Source: Colwellia polaris
GTDB taxonomy: Archaea > Nanohalarchaeota > Nanosalinia > Nanosalinales > Nanosalinaceae
DNA: 47,983 nucleotides
Reading direction: 5' to 3'
NCBI GenBank assembly: GCA_047617785.1
Contig: JBLGBK010000006.1
Location: 1 to 47,983 of the forward strand
Under the pieces are notes generated by a model. That model was not told where the DNA came from and did no database searches. It saw only the letters and a list, made by a program, of their open reading frames with translations. This document shows positions 1 through 9,294 of this stretch, in pieces; the first letter of the stretch is position 1; each line of letters starts with the position of its first letter. The position numbers were made by a program, and so were the translations under genes.

Positions 1-1227
1 AGTGAGGGAAGCCACAGTATCTACGTCGAGTTCTATGACCGTGCAGGGAATAAGCAGGTTAGTAATCTTGGAGAATACGTTTTCGATACTGTAAATCCTG
101 AGATCGAGACGTTGACAGTTACTCCGGAGTATACGAATACAGAGCCTAGCGTCACTGTTGAGGCATCTGACTTTGGAAGCGGTGTTGAAGATGCAGAGTA
201 CATGTTCTCTGAGGATGTTGATGACGGTGAAGGTAATACTATCAGCGAAGGATTTGAAGACGGCGATATGAGTTTCCAGCCTAATCTTCGTAATAAGGAG
301 GATGGTGACTATGAATTGTTTGTACGTGTTCAGGATGGATCTGGTAAATGGTCTGATACACGTTCAGTGAACTTTACTCTGGATAGAGGAGCTCTTCCTG
401 ATCCGGAGCTTGAAACAGAAGGAACTCTGCATATTACTTCTGGAAGTTCAACAGGGTTTGAGGTAACTATCAATAATAATGGCAAGGTACCTCTGACAAG
501 TGCCGAGCTGCGTTTCCTTGACGGTATTGAAGGATCTTTGAATAGTGTGGATGTAGAAGGTGAATCTGAGGAAACGGTTTCGGTCATTGCGTCTACCAAT
601 AGAAGTTATGGCCAGATTGAAACTACATTGAAGCTTACTACTGATTCAGTTTCGGAAAATGTTACCGTTCCTGTAAACATAAGGGCTTCTGAAGAACAGA
701 AGCAAGAGGTTAACGAAAGAATTAAGCAGTATGAATCCCGATTACGGTATTTAAAGGCTAATATGACAAAATTAGAGGAAGATGGTGCCGATCAGGAGCT
801 AATTGATCAAATGGATGCCGAGATTGGAGATTTTGAGGAACGTCTGCAACAGATAAACGCAAGTATAGCTGAAGATCGCTACTATGAAATTGCTTCAAGT
901 ATTGATGAAGTTGAATCTCAACGTTCGGAAGCAGTTAATACTACAGAAACTGTAAAAGAACAGCACAGGCAGAACGAGCAGCGTTTTTGGATGATCCTGT
1001 TCACAGTGAGCACCCTCGGAATACTTGGCGGAGGTGCGTTTGTGTGGTACAGAAGCGATTACTACCTAGATACTGATGATCTTCCAGTAGATCTTGAGAA
1101 CATATCTTTCGAGGATATTGAATGGGATGAAACGGTTGAGAAGTTAGAAGATAAACTGGACAACCTGTTAGAAGGAGATGGTGGACAAAAGCCTTCAGAG
1201 GATTCAAGAGATCTTTCTTGGGACTAG
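1..1227 (+). CDS. 5'-truncated cell-surface/secreted protein: Ig-like domains, coiled coil, C-terminal TM anchor and acidic tail
   Basis: Frame is open from base 1 (SEGSHSIYVEFYDRAGNKQ, a bacterial Ig-like DxAGN motif), second repeat DGDYELFVRVQDGSGK, heptad region, TM segment FWMILFTVSTLGILGGGAFVWY. Confidence 0.75.
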   Translation, partial: SEGSHSIYVEFYDRAGNKQVSNLGEYVFDTVNPEIETLTVTPEYTNTEPSVTVEASDFGSGVEDAEYMFSEDVDDGEGNTISEGFEDGDMSFQPNLRNKEDGDYELFVRVQDGSGKWSDTRSVNFTLDRGALPDPELETEGTLHITSGSSTGFEVTINNNGKVPLTSAELRFLDGIEGSLNSVDVEGESEETVSVIASTNRSYGQIETTLKLTTDSVSENVTVPVNIRASEEQKQEVNERIKQYESRLRYLKANMTKLEEDGADQELIDQMDAEIGDFEERLQQINASIAEDRYYEIASSIDEVESQRSEAVNTTETVKEQHRQNEQRFWMILFTVSTLGILGGGAFVWYRSDYYLDTDDLPVDLENISFEDIEWDETVEKLEDKLDNLLEGDGGQKPSEDSRDLSWD

Positions 1228-1568
1228 AGAAGTTTCTCTGTATCTTGGAAGTTTTCCTTTATCAATCCTTTATCTCTGATAGTGTTGATTAACTGATACA
1301 TTTCTGAAGTGTATTTTTCGTCATTAACTGCTTTATCAACTATCTCTTCCAAGAGTATCTGCGTCTGCGGATCTTCCTCAAGTTTCTCAACAATGCGTCC
1401 GTCAGCTCTTGAGTTTGTAAGGTATTGTGAGACTGCAGGCTGTGTGATATCAAGTTTTTCAGCTATCTCTCGTTGCTTGTAACCGTAGTCTTCCGAGAGT
1501 TTGGTGGCAGCTATGCTTCTTACTGCAGGAAGCAGTTCTTCAACAATTACTTCGATCTCGTAATTCAT
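1224..1568 (-). CDS. Predicted HTH transcriptional regulator (COG2522-like)
   Basis: E-x3-EELLPAVRSIAA...YKQREIAEKLDITQPAVSQYL HTH signature. Confidence 0.8.
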   Translation of the reverse strand: MNYEIEVIVEELLPAVRSIAATKLSEDYGYKQREIAEKLDITQPAVSQYLTNSRADGRIVEKLEEDPQTQILLEEIVDKAVNDEKYTSEMYQLINTIRDKGLIKENFQDTEKLL

Positions 1569-1679
1569 AACAGTGTTATACTGTACTGGAATTTTAAATA
1601 GAAATGAATGCGAGAAAAATTATATTCTGCAGGATCAAAAATATAGAGAGTAGAAAAAAGGAAGAGGGTAAGGAGAGGT

Positions 1680-2021
1680 TTAGTAGTCTGCCTGCTGTAC
1701 GTCTCGGCTCAGCTTCTCGATATCCGCTGATAGTGCGTCCAACTTCCGGCTGACTCGTTCCTTCTCCTTGATGATGTTCTCAACTTTCTCGTACTTTCGT
1801 GCAGCTCTATCAAGGTCGTGCTTCTCTACATATGCTGCCTCTGTATCCATCATCTTGTCTATAATTTCCTCTGCAATTTCGCCTAGCAGAAGGTTAAGGC
1901 CGTAGTATACATTACTTCTTACGTATTGGCCCTCGTCGGCTTTTTCTCTTACCATTCTTTTGATCCGTGCGTGTGTGAAAGGAAGTTCAGATACTTCTAC
2001 ATCTTCAGGTACTTCAACCAT
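1680..2021 (-). CDS. Histone-fold protein with C-terminal coiled coil (histone variant)
   Basis: ELPFTHARIKRMVRE (helix 1), YVRSNVYYGLNLLLGEIAEEIIDKM (helix 2), YVEKHDLDRA (L2/helix 3), then a heptad helix. Confidence 0.7.
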   Translation of the reverse strand: MVEVPEDVEVSELPFTHARIKRMVREKADEGQYVRSNVYYGLNLLLGEIAEEIIDKMMDTEAAYVEKHDLDRAARKYEKVENIIKEKERVSRKLDALSADIEKLSRDVQQADY

Positions 2022-2152
2022 TGTTATCAGTAAAAAATTGGTTGCTAGATTCTTTTAAGCCTTTCCAGCCTTCTAAATTCAGTTTGAGAACAAGCATTAG
2101 ATATAAACCAATCAAAACCTGTATAACCCTATGTGAAGAGGTGCACTAACCT

Positions 2153-2419
2153 TTGAATGATTTACTAGATGCTGCTAACGGCAACGATGACTCCGGTGAG
2201 AAAGATAATGATACGCTTGCTGAAGGTGGTGAAGCCTCCGAAGAACGCTTCCGAGAGGTAAAGAAGAAATCTGCTGGATCTGATCAAACACCGGCTGAGA
2301 AACGCTTCGACGAGTTGAAGGAAGAAGCCAAGAAAGAGTTTGTTGAACGTCAGAAACAGCGCGAACAGGAAGAGGATGAGGAAGAGGGAGGAGACGAGCC
2401 AGAGTTTATAACTTATTGA
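2153..2419 (+). CDS. Small acidic hypothetical protein
   Basis: TTG start 9 nt after a GAGGTG SD; acidic composition typical of this genome; internal repeat ERFREVK/KRFDELK. Confidence 0.65.
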   Translation: MNDLLDAANGNDDSGEKDNDTLAEGGEASEERFREVKKKSAGSDQTPAEKRFDELKEEAKKEFVERQKQREQEEDEEEGGDEPEFITY

Positions 2420-2440
2420 TTTAATTATTCTAAACTATTG

Positions 2441-3616
2441 ATGGATCTGGATAGGATACCTGATATAGCAAAGTATCTTTCCCTGGTTTTTCTAGTATCA
2501 TGGATAGGAAGAAGCACTGTCTGGAACTTTCTACCTATATTCCTTGAACGACATATTGCTAGTGTTTTTATCCTCGGTGTAGTGACTTCTTTACCTGCTA
2601 TTATCCCTATTCTGATTGATATACCTGTAGGAAACCTCTCGCAGCGTGCAGGTGAGAAAATAGTGATGTTCATAGGTTTGCTCTCTGCAGTTTTCCCTCC
2701 AATATTATATTATACTGCATCAGCACCGCTACTTATACTTGGAAAAGCTGTTGAAGGGCTAGGCAAGTCAATGATTTGGAACGGAGGCTGGAGCCTGTCG
2801 CTAAAATCTGCAGATGAGGATGTAGAATCAGAGGCAGTATCAGTGTTTCTCCTAGGTGTAAATCTTGCGCTGATTATAGGTCCGGTCGTAGGAGGCTATT
2901 TAATACAGTCGTTCGGTTTCTATATTCCCTTCCGAATATGGGTATTTACATCTCTACTCGGTCTAGCAGTTTTCTATGCATACATAGGTTTAGGTATGAA
3001 GAAAGGTCTGAAAGAGTCTTTAGCTCAGTTGACGCACAAGAGAACGTACTTAGATGACTATCATCATCTTCTAGATAACTGGCAGCAGCTTAAATTTGCG
3101 TACACACTAGTTTTCCTTTACTCAATAATATTCTCTTTCTACTGGTTGGCAATACCTCTGCTGCTTGACCAGGTCGGTGCAGACTTCCAGTTGATGGGGC
3201 TAATATTTGGAATTGCAGCAGTACCTAAAGCCTTCCAGTTTGTATTTGCGGACTTAGCAGATCATATTGGAAAGCTCAAGACACTATTAATACTTTCAAT
3301 TTTGCTTACTCCTGTTCTAATTTCTATGAGCTTTATATCTGACATAATTGCTGTTGGGATTATGGTATTCGTTGCTAGAACGCTTTCTGCAGGGATGTCG
3401 CCAGCAGTGCATGCCGTATTTGATGCAAACGTTCCTGAAGACATAGAGAGCGAGATGACAGGGTTCTTAGAACTCTTTAAGCATGGAGGAACTGCTCTTG
3501 GTCCAATAGTGGCTGGTACAGTAGCTTCTATATGGAGTATCAATGCTTCATTCTTGGCTGCGGCAGGTGTTTCTGTTCTTATCCTTGCCTTTAGTTTTAC
3601 CGGTTTAAAGAATTAA
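2441..3616 (+). CDS. MFS transporter
   Basis: About 12 hydrophobic segments; motif-A-like GNLSQRAGEK and ADLADHIGKLK; GPVVGG. Confidence 0.9.
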   Translation: MDLDRIPDIAKYLSLVFLVSWIGRSTVWNFLPIFLERHIASVFILGVVTSLPAIIPILIDIPVGNLSQRAGEKIVMFIGLLSAVFPPILYYTASAPLLILGKAVEGLGKSMIWNGGWSLSLKSADEDVESEAVSVFLLGVNLALIIGPVVGGYLIQSFGFYIPFRIWVFTSLLGLAVFYAYIGLGMKKGLKESLAQLTHKRTYLDDYHHLLDNWQQLKFAYTLVFLYSIIFSFYWLAIPLLLDQVGADFQLMGLIFGIAAVPKAFQFVFADLADHIGKLKTLLILSILLTPVLISMSFISDIIAVGIMVFVARTLSAGMSPAVHAVFDANVPEDIESEMTGFLELFKHGGTALGPIVAGTVASIWSINASFLAAAGVSVLILAFSFTGLKN

Positions 3617-4353
3617 AATTTGCCTAATATAGGGAATTCAAATGTTCCGGCTTCCCTATCTATCCCTATTGCTTTAAGATTGTCTTTATCGACTTTTTCT
3701 CTCATTATTGGGGAAAGAAGATCTGAAGCAGGGGTTTCATTTACATTTACGCCTTTTGAAATCTGAGAGAATGCCGGCATCACAATTATGCTCTTACCAT
3801 CTTTCATATCGCCATATAAAAAGCAGTCAATCTTCTCTGAAACACCCACTTCATCAGTCAATCGTAAGGCCGGGTGTTCATGACCTATGACGATAGTATG
3901 GTAGCTTTCCTTTACATCAAGTTCTTCTAGGCTGATATGTCCATGAGTATAGAGTATCCCATTATCTACATGGTACTTCAGAAATCTCAGGCCATACTCT
4001 TCAAGAATAGAGCTCAGAAAAGTATCGTGGTTACCCTGTATGAAAACTACGTCTTCAAAAAGATCTGTAACTTTGTTAAGATACTTTTTGATCTCCTGGC
4101 GCTCACTGTAACGACTGGTAGAAAACTCGGTTTTCAAATCACCGTTTACAATAAGCTTTTCTGCCTCTGTTTCTTTCTTAATCTTCTCCATTTCTTCTAG
4201 TGTGTCTTCAAGTTGTTCGGGAGGTATATAGCTTCCTCTCTGAGTCATACTTCCTTCTAGACCTAGATGAAGGTCTGAAATGACTACTGTAGAGGTTTCA
4301 CGGTGGTAAAGTGCCGGTAAACTATCCACAGTACTGAATTCTTTGATCTGCAT
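3613..4353 (-). CDS. Calcineurin-like metallophosphoesterase (COG1407/ICC-like)
   Basis: Motifs SDLHLG, NGD, GNHD, HGH, GHEHP, MPAFS. Confidence 0.9.
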   Translation of the reverse strand: MQIKEFSTVDSLPALYHRETSTVVISDLHLGLEGSMTQRGSYIPPEQLEDTLEEMEKIKKETEAEKLIVNGDLKTEFSTSRYSERQEIKKYLNKVTDLFEDVVFIQGNHDTFLSSILEEYGLRFLKYHVDNGILYTHGHISLEELDVKESYHTIVIGHEHPALRLTDEVGVSEKIDCFLYGDMKDGKSIIVMPAFSQISKGVNVNETPASDLLSPIMREKVDKDNLKAIGIDREAGTFEFPILGKF

Positions 4354-4357
4354 CTGT

Positions 4358-5215
4358 CTACCGGTTAAGTTCTCTCCACACTTTTAGAAAGTTATCAAGT
4401 GGGTCTTCGCCAGTATTTACCTGAATGTATTTAGCTCGATTCTTTGTCGACTCTTCTTTAAGCATACTTATGTGGTCTTCAAGCTTTCTCTGGTACTTCT
4501 GTTTCGTTTTCGGGGTAAGGTATGTTCTTAGCTTGAAGCTCTTCTCAGGGTGTTTGAATAGTGTATCACCCTCCTGGGTTGGTGAGAGTTCTTCGGGTGA
4601 AAGTGTGTTTACAAGTATAGTATTGTGATTTTCCATGGAATGTAGTGCGTCAACTATCTTTTCTCTGTTTACAAGGAAGTCGGATATTACGACTAGGTAG
4701 GACTCATGTTTGATACGGTTGCTGTACTGGTGCAGGCAGGTGTCCAGTCTGCTTTCAGGGGTTTTATCCAGATTGTTTAGGGTTTCAAGCAATCCGTTCA
4801 GCTTTAGACTTCTTCTGCCGTGGTTGACTTCAGTGAGAGTCTCCGAAAAAACGGAGAAACGAAATCTGTCGCTAGTGTTAGTTGTCATGTAAGCTAGAGC
4901 GAGTCCGATCTTTGCAGCGTGATCATACTTGTTCTCCTCGCCGTAATCCATGGAACTACTTCTATCTACTAGAACATGAACTGTTATACTTTTCTCCTCT
5001 TCAAAGCGCTTGATGTAAAGGTCTTTAGTACGTGCGTAAGCTTTCCAGTCGATCTTGCGGATATCATCGCCTGGAGAGTAGCTTTTGTGGTCTGCGAAAA
5101 CAGTTCCATTTCCTTTACCCTTTCCGGACTGCCTACCTTCCTCCATCTCGGAAGAGTGCTTCTTAAGCGCAAGATTCAGGTTTTCAACTTCTCTCAGGAA
5201 ACTGTGGTCTATCAT
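4358..5215 (-). CDS. DUF58 / vWA-domain MoxR partner
   Basis: FADHKSYSPGDDIRKIDWKAYAR; MIDAS DRSSSM; VISDFL; 4-nt overlap with moxR. Confidence 0.9.
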   Translation of the reverse strand: MIDHSFLREVENLNLALKKHSSEMEEGRQSGKGKGNGTVFADHKSYSPGDDIRKIDWKAYARTKDLYIKRFEEEKSITVHVLVDRSSSMDYGEENKYDHAAKIGLALAYMTTNTSDRFRFSVFSETLTEVNHGRRSLKLNGLLETLNNLDKTPESRLDTCLHQYSNRIKHESYLVVISDFLVNREKIVDALHSMENHNTILVNTLSPEELSPTQEGDTLFKHPEKSFKLRTYLTPKTKQKYQRKLEDHISMLKEESTKNRAKYIQVNTGEDPLDNFLKVWRELNR

Positions 5216-6177
5216 GGGCTCTCAATTATTTCCTCGATGACCTCATCTTCGTCTTTACCTTTCTTCTCCGCTTCAAAGCTTAGTCCGATCCGGTGCCGTA
5301 GAACCGGTTTTGCCATCTCTTCGATATCCTTTACTGATACATGGTTCCGACCTTTCATAACTGCATGTCCTTTTGCGGCGATAATTAGGTTGATTGATCC
5401 GCGTGGAGAGGCGCCGTATTTCAGATTATCGTTTTCACGAGTCTCTTTAACTATAGAAATTGCCTCATCTCGGATATCGTTAGCGACAGGAATCTGAAGT
5501 GTAAACTCTTGCAGCTTCTTCAGAGAAGCCTTGGAAAGAATAGTATCAAGATCAGGATTGTAGTCCAGTTCTTTGGTGAAACGGTCTACGATCTCCTGTT
5601 CCTCATCAAACTTTGGATAGTCCAGACTTAATTTCATCATGAAACGGTCTCTCTGAGCTTCTGGCAGCGGATATGTCCCTTCCTGTTCAAGAGGGTTCTG
5701 TGTGGCCATAAGGAAGAACGGCTTATCGAGTTGGTAAGTGTCGTTTCCTACTGTTACCTGTTTCTCCTGCATAGCTTCGAGAAGCGCGGACTGTGTCTTC
5801 GGGGTAGCACGGTTGATTTCATCGGCCAGTACGATGTTTGCGAAGATCGGTCCTTCTTGGAACTTGAACTCTGTACTGTTCTCTCCTTCCTCAATGATGT
5901 GTGTTCCTGTGATGTCAGAAGGCATCAGATCCGGAGTATTCTGTATACGTGCAAAATCAAGACCTAGAACCTCGGAAATCGTCCTTACCATCTTGGTTTT
6001 ACCCATACCGGGGTTAGATTCCAGCAGGACGTTTCCATCACATAGAATACTTATTATTACTTTCTCAATGACGTCTTCTTGTCCTACTATTACTTTCCGG
6101 ATCTCGTTGATTATGTTCTGGGTTTTTTCGCTTGCTTTTTCGTACTTCTCAGCATCACTACTTTTAGCTTTCATCAT
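5212..6177 (-). CDS. moxR: MoxR-family AAA+ ATPase
   Basis: Walker A variant SNPGMGKT, RIQNTPDLMPSDITG, Walker B LADEINRA, ATQNPLEQEGTYPLPEAQRDRF. Confidence 0.95.
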   Translation of the reverse strand: MMKAKSSDAEKYEKASEKTQNIINEIRKVIVGQEDVIEKVIISILCDGNVLLESNPGMGKTKMVRTISEVLGLDFARIQNTPDLMPSDITGTHIIEEGENSTEFKFQEGPIFANIVLADEINRATPKTQSALLEAMQEKQVTVGNDTYQLDKPFFLMATQNPLEQEGTYPLPEAQRDRFMMKLSLDYPKFDEEQEIVDRFTKELDYNPDLDTILSKASLKKLQEFTLQIPVANDIRDEAISIVKETRENDNLKYGASPRGSINLIIAAKGHAVMKGRNHVSVKDIEEMAKPVLRHRIGLSFEAEKKGKDEDEVIEEIIESP

Positions 6178-6382
6178 GTTAAAACAAGATTGTTCTAGAA
6201 ATTTAACTTCTTGGTAAGAAGACCTCTTTCCTCGTGAGTGAAACTAACAAGGTGGTAAGATAAATTGCTTTTTGCCCAAGAAAAAAGTCAAAGCTCGTGT
6301 TGCTAGTTAGATGAGATAAAGTCGGCGTAATTAGCATCCAGCCAGAAGCACAGCTGATCTACAGTTTTCTCACTATTCGTAT

Positions 6383-7135
6383 TCAGTTCTCTACATCTTT
6401 TATCGCCAGACTATAATCACGTGCAATCTGGTAATCTATGCTGTCTCCACCACTTGCCTGAAGCTGGAGATCCTGGCTATATGTTTCGCCAAGAGGTGTG
6501 AATCCTTGTCCGGGTTGAGAACGGTAGCTGAAATCTATTTCACGGTTCTGGTAGTCAAAATCATCTACTTCTCCCTGAACTTCTGAGTTGTCGCCGAACT
6601 CTACTTCTGGCACTGAATTGGTTCCTGTTTGAGAACCATTAGTATCTTCGCCATTGCCTATCAGATCGTCTGTGTCTAGATCGTTAATTGTAGTTACTCC
6701 GCCTACAACAGTGGCGACACTCAGGAAGCTTATGATGATTACTTTGGCGAGTATCTTCTCGTTAGGTATTATACTTTCTGAGCTTATCTTTCGGGCAGTA
6801 TCTGTAACTTCATTAAACAGTTTTTCCGCTGGTAAACTGGTTTCATCAAGATTATCGCGGGCTGTTCTCAGTATTTCGGCTAGCTCAGGATTTTCCTCTT
6901 CGTAGATTTCAATACTGTAGCCTCTTGTCCGGTAAAAAGAATCCCCTATGAAGAAAATCAGGCAGATACCTGCAATAATACTATAGTCGGGGTAAGGAAG
7001 TCCAAGACTATAACCTGAAAGCTTCAATACTAAGTAAGATACCTGAAAAGCTATTATAGAATCCAGAAATCCTTGAAGGACGTTAACCTTCCAGTATTCT
7101 CTCTTCAACTGTTTGAATAATTTTTCTACTCTCAT
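6383..7135 (-). CDS. Membrane hypothetical protein of the archaeal MoxR cluster (about 3 TM)
   Basis: Three hydrophobic segments; E-NPELAEILRTARDN motif; ATG overlaps the upstream TGA (ATGA). Confidence 0.7.
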   Translation of the reverse strand: MRVEKLFKQLKREYWKVNVLQGFLDSIIAFQVSYLVLKLSGYSLGLPYPDYSIIAGICLIFFIGDSFYRTRGYSIEIYEEENPELAEILRTARDNLDETSLPAEKLFNEVTDTARKISSESIIPNEKILAKVIIISFLSVATVVGGVTTINDLDTDDLIGNGEDTNGSQTGTNSVPEVEFGDNSEVQGEVDDFDYQNREIDFSYRSQPGQGFTPLGETYSQDLQLQASGGDSIDYQIARDYSLAIKDVEN

Positions 7136-7566
7136 TGGTATCCGTGCTTGATACACTGGTTTTCAGCTGTTGAAGTTAGATTGCTGCTCCCTGTACAGAT
7201 AGTTTCCATGCTTGTGTTCAGGCTTTTAACTGAGTCCTCCAGCGAACCGATATCATCCTTCAGCAATTGGTTGTCCTGCTCTAAACTATCTAAGTTTTCC
7301 TTCAGCTCTGTATTATTAGATTCAATTTCACTTAATTCAGCTTCCGTGGACTGCAGAGAACTGTTCATTCTGTCAAGCTGCTCGGTTAACTGTGATACCT
7401 GTCTTTCCTCTTCTTCGAGACTGTTCTGAAGTCTCTGGTTTTGACCGCTTATATCACTGAGCTCTGCCTGGTAGACAACGGATACTGCTACAAGTATACA
7501 TAAAACCAGCATCAGTGATGTCAATAGGAAGGGGTTCAGTTTTCTCTTAAGTACAGGTACTGCCAT
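7132..7566 (-). CDS. Membrane-anchored coiled-coil protein
   Basis: N-terminal TM followed by about 90 aa of heptad repeats and a C-terminal Cys pair; start reassigned to ATG 7566. Confidence 0.7.
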   Translation of the reverse strand: MAVPVLKRKLNPFLLTSLMLVLCILVAVSVVYQAELSDISGQNQRLQNSLEEEERQVSQLTEQLDRMNSSLQSTEAELSEIESNNTELKENLDSLEQDNQLLKDDIGSLEDSVKSLNTSMETICTGSSNLTSTAENQCIKHGYQ

Positions 7567-7667
7567 TACTACAAGACAAAGATGCACCTTTCAGCTTTTT
7601 AATCATCTGCTACCTATCTCTTTGTGAAATCCTTAAGTAGAATCAGATACCACTTATAGACAGGTAC

Positions 7668-9293
7668 ATGTCCGAAAACGATACCTGTAAATTCGGCCAC
7701 ACATTCAAAGTGGACGGTGATCCGGAATTCGAGAATGATGACGGAGATAACGTAAACTTAACAAAAGCTCTAGAGGAAGGAGAAATAAACTCTCTAGAAG
7801 ATTTGCAGGATCTAACAGGCACCTATTTCCTGGCGCCAATAATGGGAGATCACTGGAAGAAGATTAAGGTCTCAGGAAGCCAGGGAGACGCTTTCACAAT
7901 GGTTATGCCTGCTGCTGACAAGTTCGACGATGATCTAGGCTATGATGTTGAAAAGACTGAGGAGAAAATATTTGTCTCGCCTCAGAGCTCGATGCATGAT
8001 GAATTCATGAATCGGCGTCAACAGGCCGAACAGAGAGTAAAATCAACTATGCAGGGATTCTCTGAACTTTTGAAGGAGAAACAGGTAATTGAACATGATA
8101 TCAGGAAGCTACGCTCTCGTGTTGAAAACTTCGAATCACGGGATGAAACAGTTCTCAAGGCCGACTTTATCGAACTGGTTGACGGAGCAGGTGGCGGACA
8201 GCAAGGAGGAGACCGTGCATCACTCAAGTTCCTGCGAGACCAGAACATCTATCCGTCGATTGTAGCAGACTTCAATGAAATGGATGGTGTTGAAGACCTG
8301 GAAGAGGGTAATAAACTTGGACATCTTCCTGAGAACATTAAAGCGATTCTGAAGAAGAAGTACACGATGTATGAGAAGTGGAAAGATCTTTATGGTACAG
8401 AAGTTCGCAGGAAATTGAACGAACTTAACTCGCAGCTGAAGGCAACCGAAAGGAAGATTGATGAGACAAAGAATTGGCTGGAGCCATACGTTAAGGATAT
8501 GCAGATGATCCAGCAGAAAGAAACAGGAGATAGGAAGGGAGAGTTCAACAAATACTACACGTTTCAGGGCTATTCTTCCATGGAGAGAAACTTGGAGTTC
8601 ATATGCTCGCAGCCTTTGACTAAGGAGGATGGAAGTCTTGTTGTAAATGAGGGGGATGATGAAGAAACTACTCACTACCGTATAGCATACATTCACGGTG
8701 TGCAGATCAATTTAGCAAACCCGGAACAGCCTCAGTCACCTGCTGGAGGCTCTGCTCCAGGAGTAGTAATGGTCTACCCGGCAATTGTATGTAAACATGT
8801 TTACAACAGGGTTTTCCAAGAAAAAATCGATCGTAGCGCCAGCCAGTTTGATGCAGTGATGTCCGATTATGTAGGTGATATCCAGACTGAAGAAGGAGAC
8901 AAGCTTCGGGAGGCGCGTCAAGCTAAGGATCTCTCTGTCCGCGAACTTAGAGAGAAGATAGAGGAAGAAAAAGGCGAGCAAATACCTCTTGAAGTATCAT
9001 CGGATATTAGACGGGTTGAGGATGGAATAGATGACATAAAAGCTATTGAAGAGTATCTTGATATTATAGAGAGTATACTGGAGATTGAGGATGGATTAAT
9101 AGACGGTGAAGAGGATAGTGAACTACGATACGAAGGATTAAACAAGAAGGCCAGGCTTTTCCTAGGACAGACAGATGAATACTATCTAGGAAGCGAACTG
9201 GGCAACGCCTTCAATGATTTCAAGTTCGCAGAATTGGTTTTCAGCTGGTATATCGACTTCAAAAAGAGCCAAGGACTACATACTATGAAATAA
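7668..9293 (+). CDS. Uncharacterised coiled-coil protein with an embedded XRE-like HTH
   Basis: 541-aa acidic ORF with long helical segments; GDKLREARQAKDLSVRELREKI...SDIRRVEDG resembles an XRE HTH. Confidence 0.7.
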   Translation: MSENDTCKFGHTFKVDGDPEFENDDGDNVNLTKALEEGEINSLEDLQDLTGTYFLAPIMGDHWKKIKVSGSQGDAFTMVMPAADKFDDDLGYDVEKTEEKIFVSPQSSMHDEFMNRRQQAEQRVKSTMQGFSELLKEKQVIEHDIRKLRSRVENFESRDETVLKADFIELVDGAGGGQQGGDRASLKFLRDQNIYPSIVADFNEMDGVEDLEEGNKLGHLPENIKAILKKKYTMYEKWKDLYGTEVRRKLNELNSQLKATERKIDETKNWLEPYVKDMQMIQQKETGDRKGEFNKYYTFQGYSSMERNLEFICSQPLTKEDGSLVVNEGDDEETTHYRIAYIHGVQINLANPEQPQSPAGGSAPGVVMVYPAIVCKHVYNRVFQEKIDRSASQFDAVMSDYVGDIQTEEGDKLREARQAKDLSVRELREKIEEEKGEQIPLEVSSDIRRVEDGIDDIKAIEEYLDIIESILEIEDGLIDGEEDSELRYEGLNKKARLFLGQTDEYYLGSELGNAFNDFKFAELVFSWYIDFKKSQGLHTMK

Positions 9294-9294
9294 A

